Assembly (NCBI GenBank): GCA_043228905.1
Contig: JBHGNT010000003.1
Location: 17,360,001 to 17,424,000, forward strand
Reading direction: 5' to 3'
DNA: 64,000 bases
Source: Azolla caroliniana
Taxonomy: Eukaryota > Plantae > Polypodiophyta
In this document: positions 39,601 to 51,000 of the stretch, piece by piece
How the letters are laid out: every line of letters begins with the position of its first letter
Numbering within the stretch: position 1 is the first letter of the stretch
Program-made: the position numbers and the translations under genes
The notes under the pieces: model-generated
Told to the model about the DNA's origin: nothing
Seen by the model: the letters and a program-made list of their open reading frames with translations, nothing else
Database searches by the model: none

Positions 39601-42407
39601 GCGCAGGAAGCGGAGGAGACGGCCTACGCGCAAAGAGAAAGGGAAGAAGAAGGTGTCGGATTCCGGCACGGATAGGAACGAGTCAGACCGACGCGAGTCC
39701 GACTCCGAGGGAACCGGTGACGGGTCTTTAAAGGTGAAGTCCGCGTCGACCGAGAAGGCCTCGACATCGGCTAATGTGAGATTACGCTAGTCTACCCGCT
39801 AGAAGAATCCTGTTTTGCGGTTCGGATACAACGAGTACATGGCGCATCATTATGCGTACATGACCTGTGTAGCAGAAGTGTGTGAGCCGGAGAGCTACGC
39901 AGAAGCGGCTAAAGACGCAAATTGGCGTGCCACGATGGAGGAAGAGATGCACGCATTGGCGGAGAACGAGACCTGGGACCTGGTTGACGCACCAAGGGGG
40001 CTAAAACTGACCGGGTGTAGGTGGGTATACAAGGTCAAGTACAACACCAATGGCTCAGTCAACCGGTACAAGGCTCGGCTAGTGGCAAAGGGCTACGCGC
40101 AGAAACACGGCATCGACTACGATGAGACGTTTGCGCCGGTCGCGAAAATGACGACCGTTTGTGTTTTGCTCGTAGTAGCTGCGGTGAAGGGGTGGCACTT
40201 ACATCAGATGGATGTAAAGAATGCGTTCCTGCAAGGTGACCTTGAGGAACAGGTGTACATGGTACAACCCCCCGGATTTCACTCCGGAACAAACTCGTCG
40301 ACAGTATGCCGACTAAAGAAGTCCCTTTACGGACTGAAGCAAGCCCCGCGTGCCTGGAACGCGAAGATCACGCAACAACTGCGTCGGATGGGCTTCGTCA
40401 CGGCAAAATCAGACTCTTCCCTGTTCATCCGGAAAGGTCGACTCGGATCGGTTAGTATTTTACTATATGTTGATGACTTGGTCATCACCAACGCCGACCT
40501 AGGTGAAATCGACCGTGTGTAGCTCCAGCTTGCGGCATTGTTCGACATGAAGGATCTGGGGGACCTTCATTACTTCCTCGGGATCGAAGTGATCCATACC
40601 CCCGAAGGCATATTGATCAGCCAACGTCATTACGTGCTGAGTATGCTCTTCAAATTCGGGATGGCCGACTATAAGTCCGTCTCGACTCCTCTGGACAGAA
40701 CCGTTAAGCTTCGTCTCGATACGGGAAAGGTATGCGACCCGACGAGGTTCCGACAAATTGTTGGAAGCCTCATATACTTGACCATTACCTGACCCGAGCT
40801 TAGCTATCCGGTCGGAGTGATCAGTCAGTTCATGGCGCGACCTACCGAGGAGCACCTTCCATGTGCGCAACACATACTTCGGTATGTCAACGGCACTAAG
40901 GACCGTGGATTGCTATATCGGACTGGTGCAGCCGCGCAGTTAGTTGGCTACACCGATTCTGATTGGGCTGGCAACGCCGCCGATAGCCGCTCCACGTCCG
41001 GATATGCGTTCTCCCTCAGGAGTGCCGCGATCGCGTGGAGCAGTAAGAAGCAACCGACAGTTGCATTGTCGAGCACCGAAGCTGAGTACCGAGGAGCGGC
41101 TGTCGCGACATGCGAAGCCATATGGTTGAAGCGGCTACTTAAGGACCTGCAAGAGGAGGTGTCAGATCCGACGACGATCTACTGCGACAACCTCAGCAAC
41201 ATCCAGCTCGCGAAAAACCCCGTTTTCCACGCACGGACCAAGCACATTGAGGTGCACTACCATTTCGTCCGTGAGCGTGTCCTTTCCGGTGAAGTCGAAC
41301 TTCAGTATGTTCCGACGGATCGGCAGACTGCTGACATCTTCACCAAGCCTCTTGGTCTGGACAAGTTGCGGCAATTCTCAGGTGCGCTCGGATTGCGTCA
41401 CCTCGACGTACCAAACTTGAGGGGGAGAACAGTCCCGAACGACCAAGCAAGGCAACAAGAAAGGAGCGGAGACCGCGACACCGAGTCGGTTGTCGAGTTC
41501 GACTTCGGATCGGCTGAAGAAGCCGAGGGCAGACCCGCGGAAAAGTCCCGAAGCGGACAGAAGGGGAGCAGCCGAAGGAGAGAGCCGAAGCCAACCACGC
41601 ATGGGGAAGATGATGCCATCGAGGGCGAGAAGACCGAAGACGAGTTGGAGACAGCCAACTCGGACGAGAGCGAAAACCGATTAGAGGTAGCTGAGTCGGT
41701 TCAGATGTTTGATTCAGATACGCTGAATCAACCGAGGCCCAAGCGGAAGAAAAGGCAGCAGGAGAAGCGTCAACACCACAACAACAGAAGAGTTGATAAG
41801 GGCCACATGAGCAAACAAGCCGACCGGAAGGGTCGAAGCGCGCGGAGTCGAACAGGTCGAGGAGCGCGAGCGAGGCGTGAAGCCAAGAGGAACCAGAGTT
41901 GTGAGCCCGAAGATCCCGAAGAGCCTCAAGTTGAGCTTGAAGGGGAGTGTTGAGAGACAAGCTCAACATCGGCCGGATCGGCTGAAGAAGCCGAGGACCG
42001 GATTGGTTGGGACCGATCAGTTAGGCCGAATGCGTAAACCGGTACACAGACCGGTGCGTAGGTAGGGCCGGATCGGTGCGTAAACCGGGAGGCCATTAGG
42101 AAAGATATTCCGTGAGGAATATATTTGGGAGTCAGTGTAGGAGCTCTTAATGAGCATTGAAGTACTGTCAGTACTTCAGTCAGTCCTTCTAGGACTTGTA
42201 TAAAAGTGTTCATTGAACACACATATGTAAAAGAGTGGTGAATAGAGATTGAGTACTTTTTGAATATAGTTCTTGTGTTTTCTCTCTCTCACTCTCTTTG
42301 TCTCTGTCTCTCCCGCGTATACTGCGTAAGCTCAAGCTCTCCATTAAACTTAAGTTTCCTCCCTTCTGTTCGGTCTTCATACTTGCTTCCGCACGCTACT
42401 TTTTACA
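36619..42407 (+). mobile_element. Full-length Ty1/copia element F
   Basis: LTRs 36619-37066 and 41948-42407, TSD AAAAC, PBS TGGTATCAGAGC 37067-37078, PPT 41937-41947. Confidence 0.97.
37139..41953 (+). pseudogene. Copia F gag-pol polyprotein, single frame, interrupted only by nonsense codons
   Basis: ORFs starting at 37139, 37472, 39815, 40538 and 40817 are all in one frame. Motifs: [58 protein letters not shown] and HARTKHIEVHYHF. Confidence 0.93.
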
Positions 42408-43035
42408 AAAACACACAATTATATTAATAAATGTGTGCAAAAAGCACTACTTACAATGACTACATGGGTAGTGGAACATTTTGAATTGCCAATAGGCAAG
42501 ACGAACACTCCATTGAGGAAACAATTTTCACTTTCTCCAATAAAGAAAATTGTCACAATTGTACTCCCTTCAATTTTCGTAGATATGCTTTCACTCCTGC
42601 CTACCATCAAATACAAAAGTATTGCACATATCCCAATTATGACGCAATTCCCAATACAGTGCAAAAGAAGCAATTACTCGTTGTTAGTCCATGATGCTTT
42701 AGATCTACTCCCAAAGGCAATCCCCGAATCAAAACTTTCCAAAGAAAAACCTTTGTCACCTGTGGCAATGTAGAATGCCAACTACGTTTTAAGATCTGCC
42801 ACCGTCCATGATTAGATTTGTGTAATTTCCATTCTTTTTTAGCCTTAGATGATAGTCATCTAAGAGACTCAACAGAGCAATGATATAGAAGATTAGTAGT
42901 CACTTGTAAAAACGATGTTTGACCCCGTAAACACCAATCAATCCACAATTGTTCGCTTGTTTGTAAAGGTAAAGGACTTCGTATCAATGCATTTGTAGTT
43001 GTTGCCAGATAAACCCATAATTAGGTGGGATGCGT

Positions 43036-46000
43036 TGTCGTGCCTTTCGATGCCGGATCGTTGCGTGAATCGGGTGGGAACCGATGGGGTTTTGGACTAG
43101 GAGGAGGAGAGTTTTAAGGCTAATAAGAATATAAATAGATTATAAGAAAGAGAGATAGAAACTTGTGAATCCCACAAGTATAGTTTTTTAGTTTTATTAA
43201 TATTTAACCCTAATTTCCTTATATTTATTGACCATCGCACATTGTTTTTATAGCATCCATTCAAACATCATCATCATCATGACCATCTCCTCTTGTTGAT
43301 TCTCCATCTCCTTGCCACCCGTCTTCACGTCGGGTTCCCCAAATGTGTCATGCCTTTCGGCGCCAGATTGTTGCGTGAGTCGGGTGGGTGCACTAGGAGG
43401 AGGAGTGTTTTAAGGCTAATAAGAATATAAATAGATATAAAAAAGAGAGATAGAAACTTGGGAAGCCCACAAGTATAGTTTTTTAGTTTTATATTTAATC
43501 CTAGTAATACCCAAGTAAGAATCAACACCCCTTACATATAAAGAAAACTCGTGAATCCCACGAGTATAGTGTAATAATCGGCATTTAGAAACATATTCCA
43601 TTTCCAAAGATTCGACACCATAAATTACATCTTACTCCCATCCTTATATGGTGATGGGAGAGGCTTAGCAATTCATGCTTTTTCTCTAACTATGGACTCC
43701 ATGCTTTTTCTATCTATAGACTATATGCTTCTTCTAAAAGTAATCACGCTTTTTCTAACGTTGTGCGTTTTTTATCAAGTATAGTGTTCCTGCACGTGAG
43801 ATGTGCATGAATAGCTTTTTTGATCATGCGTTTTCTTATAACGAAAGATTTATTCACTCTACGTGTAAAAGTAGTTTTTTCTAAAAAATATACGTGAAAT
43901 ATCGTTTGTATGTGGGATATCTATTTTTCTAACACTTTTGATGTGTTAGTATAATGGTAAGGACTCTTATTAACATGGAGGTAGAAGGTTTGAATCTTGC
44001 CCTATGTATGTAATATATATATTCTTCTATTTCATTATATTTATTGAGTTGGGTACTCCATACGTTTTTCACGTAGTGTACGAAATACACTACGACACTC
44101 CCCCCCTTTGAACCCGCACATCCTCCAGTATGTGCCGAAGTTCCCAATGCTTGTTATTCTCCTTCATCCGTAATACCCTCTGTTTCTTTTGCTATGTCGA
44201 CTTTGTCTCTCCATTTTCAGCACGTCCATTCCTTCCACCCGAACCATTGTGGCCATCCGATCCACCATATTCTTTGTTCACTCTTTGCATTGCCATGACC
44301 TGTTGTCATGGCTCCTTGTGTTCCTCCTGAGCATAACCCTTCATGTCTCGTGCATGTACCATGATTCCCACTTCGTCCACCTTTGACGTATAATCTCGCT
44401 TTAGAGTTGACAATCTTCATTTTAGAGCCCTCCTTTGTCAAGATCTCATCCTCGGTAACACCCTTCAAATCTCCTTGGCCTGCTTGGTCGTTGTCATCCG
44501 TGGTAGTGCGCCTGTATGGCCTTTTCCTCGTGTTCACCAGCCTTGATTGCTTCGACCTCCGGTTGAGTCGGACTAGCTTCTTTCCGGATCGAACTCGTCT
44601 TATCGGCTTTTGGTTGGATCGGCTTCCGTTCGGATTTGTATTCGGTTGAATTGAATCGGTTGATCGGTTTCAGCCGAGCCGGCCCCCTTCCATGTCGGGT
44701 TCCTTTCAAATCGGAATTCCATCTCGATCATCTTCCACCCGAACCGGCTTCTGACTTTACCTTTCTTGTCGCCACTTCCTGTCTCTCCAGTCTCACATTG
44801 GTTCTTGGACACAACCGCCGAAGTCTTGAGAATTAGTGGGCAGGAATCCTCGGTCTTACCGTCCTCCATCGTATGCATCAGCTTCGACCGTTGTTTTCTC
44901 TCTACCACCTTCTGTCTCTTCGGTCTCACATTATCTTTCGAACGCAACCACCAAAGTCTCTAGAATTAGTGGTGGGAAAGTCTTGACACGACCATTCACC
45001 ATTGACTCTCATAGCCACCTCCGATTCGATATCATCTTTCGTGGCTACCTCCTCAATCACATCTGCCTCGCACTCTTTGTCTCCCTCGATCATACAAGCA
45101 TCGATTATGGTTACCCCTTTGTCACCCGACGTTTCAAACACTTGTGTCCCGAAACCTTCTTCGACCCTTGAAGTGGTGTTCACAACTCTCAAGTCATCGA
45201 TCTTATCCTTAGCCGTCGTTCTTTCGCAAGACAAGAGGGTGGCTTGTTCCACACCCTCTCCCGCAGTACCATCATATTGTATTTTGGCCTTCATATCGGC
45301 CACATCGTTCGTCCTCAATCGACCATCCCTCATGGACCATGTTATTGTTGAGGATATTCTCATCTTCCTCTTATCATGTCTTCGCCATACTCTTTTGACT
45401 TCAACCCAATCCTCAGTGAGACCATTTGCACCGTTGTTGTCTTCGAGTTTGATCCCCATGGCCATCCTTTCTTTCTTTCCGATCGATCGATCTTACGAAC
45501 ATTAGGACTTTATCCACCCCCACAAATCATTGTTCTCACTCTGAGAATTGAGCAAAACGATGCTCGAACTCTACAAATTCTTGTATCACGCTTTCGTCGA
45601 TCTTCACCGATGCTACCCACTGGTCAAACTCGCGTTGATCTCATCCCTTTGGTTTCTCATAGTCATATGCCTCTCGTAAAGCTTCTTCAAAGGACCCCCA
45701 TGTCGGGTTTTGTTGCCGTATCTTGTGGATGCTCTCTTGTAGCTCATCCGTGGCCACCCAATTGAAGGATATCACTTGCAATCCTTCTGGTATCCCACAT
45801 TGCATCATCTCCGCCTTGTAGTCATGTAGATAACGTGCGTGACAAATCCTTTCCGTCGAATTGCCCATTTCGTTGCACGAGCTACTTTATTGCTGCCACG
45901 ATCTCCGTCATCGCATGTTGTTCTTGTAGCATATGTTCAAACATCATCATCATCATGACCATCTCCTCTTGTTGATTCTCCATCTCCTTGCCACCCATCT

Positions 46001-46797
46001 TCACGTCGGGTTCACCAAATGTGTCGTGCCTTTTGGCGCCGGATCGTTGTGTGAGTCGAGTGGGAACCGTTGGGGTTTTGGACTAGGAAGGAGGAGAGTT
46101 TTAAGGCTAATAAGAATATAAATAGATTATAAGAAAGAGAGATAGAAACTTGTGAATCCCACAAGTATAGTTTTTTAGTTTTATATTTAATCCTAGTAAT
46201 ACCCAAGTAAGAATCAACACCCCTTACATATAGAGAAAACTCGTGAATCCCACGAGTATAGTGTATTAATCGGCATTTAGAAACATATTCCATTTCCAAA
46301 GATTCGACACCATAAATTACATCTTACTCCCATCCTTATATAGTGATGGGAGAGGCTTAGCAATTCATGCTTTTTCTCTAACTATGGACTCCATGCTTTT
46401 TCTATCTATAGACTATATGCTTCTTCTAAAAGTAATCATGCTTTTTCTAACGTTGTGCGTTTTTTATCAAGTATAGTGTTCATGCACGTGAGATGTGCAT
46501 GAATACCTGTTTTGATTGTGTGTTTTCTTATAACTAAAGATTTATTCACTCTACGTGTAAAAGTAGTTTTTTCTAAAAAATATACGTGAAATATCGTTTG
46601 TATGTGGGATATCTATTTTTCTAACACTTTTGATGTGTTAGTATAATGGTAAGGACTCTTATTAACATGGAGGTAGAAGGTTCGAATATTGACCTATGCT
46701 TGTAATATATAATTTAATGTTTTCTTCTATTTCCTTATATTTATTGCGTCAGGTACTCCATACGTTTTTCACGTAGTGTACGAAATACACTACGACA
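43036..46797 (-). mobile_element. Non-autonomous gag-only LTR element G (tRNA-Trp PBS) with a tandem third, deleted LTR
   Basis: LTRs 46022-46797 and 43346-44097 (TGTCGT...ACGACA), PBS TGGTGAACCCGACGTGAA 46000-46017, PPT 44098-44110. Gag-like remnant at about 45983-45641, no pol motifs. A second PBS at about 43324-43341 and an LTR remnant at 43036-43230. Confidence 0.85.
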
Positions 46798-47577
46798 ACA
46801 TAATAATTGTTGTGCTTCAACAAATTCCAAAATTCTTTGAGATGGAACCTCAATTATATCTCCCACCTCTCTCAACCCCAAACGAAACAAATGATTAAAC
46901 TAAGAGCACAATCTCTCCTTTCAAGACAACATAACAATTGAGAAGACACAACTAACTCTTTTGGCAAGGAATTACAATGGTCTCTACTAGATGATGGTTT
47001 CCATACACATAACAAGAGTGCTTCTTGCCATGAGATAGCCAAGTGTTGAACACATGAAGAGCTAGGAATCTTAACTGAAATACATTCGTTTAGTAATTGC
47101 CACCATGAAGCCTTAATCGTTGTCCTCCCATGTGTTAAAAACTTTTGTTCTCAAGGAGATATTGAACAATAGATATCCATGGTTGTCCGTCTGAACACAT
47201 GTCTTGTAATGATGAAAATTTGGGTTGAAGCATGCTACGGTTTACCAAAAAAGTAATATTTTTGGCCAAGAAAAACACAAGTACTGTTAGTACTAAGTAA
47301 TTATAGAATTTTTTTTTAAAAAATCGGAAAAAATTAACATATTTTTAGGGAGTGGGGTGGGGTTAGTACACGTTGCATTAAAGTCAAGGAATGGGAGGGG
47401 GGGAGACAGGTGCTGCGTATTCTGGACTATTTTGGGGGTTATTTCCCCCCCATGTTTTATTTAGGATGCCACATTGAATGATTTTGGCGCTTCTTCCTCA
47501 CATTTCCTCTTCCTCCTTCCAACCGAGCTCTTCTCAGGTTTGAAAAGTCTGCATCTCAGGCATTCACAACACGCTAA

Positions 47578-48067
47578 TGTTCCCATCGTTTTTGTTAATC
47601 CTGGGCTGGACTAACCACTAACACAGGGTGTCCTTCCGGATCACTTCACCAAAGGGGTGGTTACGGGGTTAATGTTTCTGACACAGATATCACTTTATCC
47701 GACTGGTTTCGGATTGGTTCCGTATTATGAACATACACGGATTGATTACACGTGTAAGATAAGACAATAAGCACAGAACGGAAGGTACATAGATACACAA
47801 GAATCTCAAAGATAATTCTACTTATATTAATTTCGTCCTTTAATACAACGTACTTCAGATCCTTTTATAGGTATCCGGTTCTGATTACAAAACGGTGCCA
47901 TACTGGCAACCGCCTACGAATCAGTCTGGATCCGGATCGATGCCACTCTTCCGGATCCATCCGTTCCTATTATAAATCTAACTCATTAGTAACTAATATT
48001 CATCAGTTTGGATCCGCTTCCGACTCATTCCCCCACTTGTCTTTCATACTCCGGCCACTAGCCAACA
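47578..48067 (+). repeat. Putative 5' LTR of a Tat-like gypsy element J with tRNA-Arg-like PBS
   Basis: TGTTCCCATCGTTTTT...CCAACA followed at 48070 by TGGCACGCCCG. The partner LTR is not in the window. Confidence 0.6.
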
Positions 48068-51000
48068 CATGGCACGCCCGCGGGACAGTACATTGTACGT
48101 CGAACCCATGGTTTAGCCCCGTCAATCTTCGTTGAGTATGTCCAATATGCTTTGGTCCAGGGTTTCGAGTGGTTCTTCACTCTGTTGCTGCTCTTCTTGC
48201 TCTTCTTGCTCCTACTACGCCTGTTGTTGCTCTCTGGCTTCTTTCGGCGGAGGCATCTCCGTTCTTGCGTCAGTTTCGGCATTCACATTATTTTTGGTAC
48301 CTGCTTGGTGCTCCGACCCATCCGCCTTGTTCTGATTTGCACCGGCTTCCCTTGGCTGTTCCCTTCTGGCTTCATTCAACAACCCCTCTTGCTGTGGTTG
48401 TGGTTCCACAGTCTGCTCCTCATCACTTATGTTTATTGCCGCCTTCCGTTTTTCGGCTTCCAATCGTCGGCACTCCCGTTCGTATCGCTCGAACTGAAGT
48501 TGCGTTCTGAGTTGATCATCCTCAAGACATTCCATCATCCTCCGGACAGCTTCAAAGTGGGATTCAGCCAAGGAGAAGAAGTCGTCCGACAATTCCTCCC
48601 GGATGGTGACTACTTTCTTCATCCAACTTGTAGAAATTGTCCCCGGTTTTTTCCGGTTCTTTGCATTTGCTCGCAGCTTGCTGTGACCATTGCGTCCACA
48701 CTGTCATCGAGTAGTCGTCGATGTTTGCCTTTGTCCAGTTCTTCCATGCCGTGACTATCATCAGTATTTGTTCCATACCAAGCTTGATACTGTCCTCGAC
48801 AACCTTCTTTTCGTCCTTCATTTTCTTGATGAGAGTAGCGGTAGCCTGAGCCTGCACTTCATAGTTCAGCAATTAGGTTTGGTAGGTGGTTTGGACCCTA
48901 TCCAAAGCCATTTTGCCCATTCCGTTTCTTCATAGTGATTTTGGTTCAACTTCGTTCATTCCTTTGCCGCCTCTGCCAGTGCCTTTGCCCTAGCAACCGC
49001 CTAGGTGTGTTCCTTCGCCAACTCCTTCGTTATCTTGGCCAACTCCGTCCATATTTCTTTCATCTTTTCTTGCTGCTGGTCAAATTCCGACCCAAGCTTC
49101 TTGTGTTCGGCGTTTAGCTGCTTGTGGTCCCAGTGTAGTTTTTTGAAATCCTCCATTTCTTAAGGCACCAGTTGATTTGAGAGCGTGCCCGATCATCCCA
49201 ATCCCTTTGCTGCCGGATTTCTTCCTTAAGCCACTCTATTTCCGTTGTCGTGAAGAAAACCGGCCATAGGTGGAATCGAAGAAAAAGGCGCATGAACCGG
49301 CTCTTACATGGGTGGACGCGAGGATTGATATATTGTACATAATTCGTAATTAAGGCGACTGGTGTAAATACTAGGTAGTGCACATTTATTAGGGGATTTT
49401 GTGCGTATCTCTGTCGATAGGGACAAGGAATAAAGCAGTTTGGCTAAGGAAAAGGGGGGCACCCCCATTTGGGGAACTATTTAAGGAGAGAGAGGAGGAA
49501 GGAATGGGGGAGATAGCGCGCTAGGGAGGACGAAGTGCTGCTGCAAATCTGGGTGTCAAGCTCTCTCTTCTCCTCCGGCCGTCAGACTCTGTGGGTCGGA
49601 AGCTCGCTGCCTCTGCTTTGTGGATAGCCCGTGCGCTTCCAGTAGAGGCTCTCCCCCCCTTTTTGTTTTGTTTCTGGGAGTTGAGCAAGTGTTGTCTGTG
49701 TGTGTGAGTAGGATCCTCGTGTCGGGTCCATCGCCGCCTTGCCGGTTGTAACCGTCAGAGTCGTATTCTCTTGTATTCTCTTGTTATTGTATTCTCTTGT
49801 CGTTGTAAACGCTTGTTATTGAAATCGAGTGTTATGTTCTATATCTCTCCTTCTCGCTTCGCGTATCTACAAGTCTCTCTCTCTCTCTCTCTCTCTCGCT
49901 CCTCGGTTCAAGACCCTCGTGGTCCCGCCCCTTCTACACGCACGCGCGTAACAACGCGACATCTTTGGTGAACCCAACGTGAACGGGCGGCAAAGGAGTC
50001 GAAAGATGAGAGGATCAGAGCTAGCAGAGGCAATGGCGGTGGCCGTCGACCGGCTGGTGAGCACTCGTGAGGGGACGAGTACCCTCGACAGAGCCATTGA
50101 ATCGATCGTCGGCTCTATAGGCTGTTTCGGAGGGAAAGACGCCACAAGTTATTTGGAAGCTTACCGGGCCGAAATGATCATGAGGAATATCCTGGTCGAC
50201 AGGCGGCTGTCCGGACTCCCTCGGGTGGTGACGCCAGGCATCCACGCGGAGGTGCTCGAGGTGCTGGCCGGATGCCAGACTTGGGAGGAGTTCGAGCTGC
50301 AGCTCCTCGAGAAGTACAAGTTTGACGACTCGCTTCGGTTGTCGAGGCGGGACTTCATGGCGTGGGTGGAAAGCCCCGGAAAGGGGAGGAACACGTCGGT
50401 GCTCCTCCAGGAGTTCGAAAAACGGTTCGTGCGGTTGTCAATGTTGGACCGGATGGTGCTCGAAACAAGTCGAGTACTACTGTTTGTCAAGTTGGTGGAC
50501 GCGCTCGACAGGGAAAAGGTGGGTCCCCTATTAGAAATGGACAAAAGGGCTCATGGCAGACTGGGCCGTGGTAAAACGGGTTTGAGCCGTTTCAACAAAC
50601 GGCGCGATTGGAGCGACGGAAGCTCGTCGGGGTCAGGGCTGGTCCTGGGGAGGAGGCTCGAGGAGCCGGTATCGATGTCGGCCGGTAGGAAGGAAGAGAC
50701 CCGAATCTGGCCAGAGTCGGGGTCGGCATCGAACAACGTGGTCAGAGGCCCATCCAGAGGAGCGGCTCTAGAGGAGCTGACACAGATGGTGCGCGACCTG
50801 CTGATTGCACAGGCCCGGAGAGACAATGGTGAACAACCTCGCGACCGGAGGCCGCCAACTGGGTAGCGGTGCATGTGGTGTGACGGGATCGGTCACATTT
50901 GGAAGGATTGCGCGGATTTCGGCGACGCGCTCAGGACCAACGTGGTGTACCTCTGGAACGGGCGGGTGCACACGAGCGAGACCCGGAGAGCCCTAGAACT

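Noticed and set aside
37510-41969. Long antisense ORFs over copia pol (also 8762-9457, 11345-11980, 12268-12858)
   Set aside because: These are shadow frames of GC-rich coding sequence with no recognisable motifs.
46000-46017. tRNA-Trp gene
   Set aside because: Only the 18-nt 3' end including CCA is matched, next to an LTR: this is a primer-binding site.
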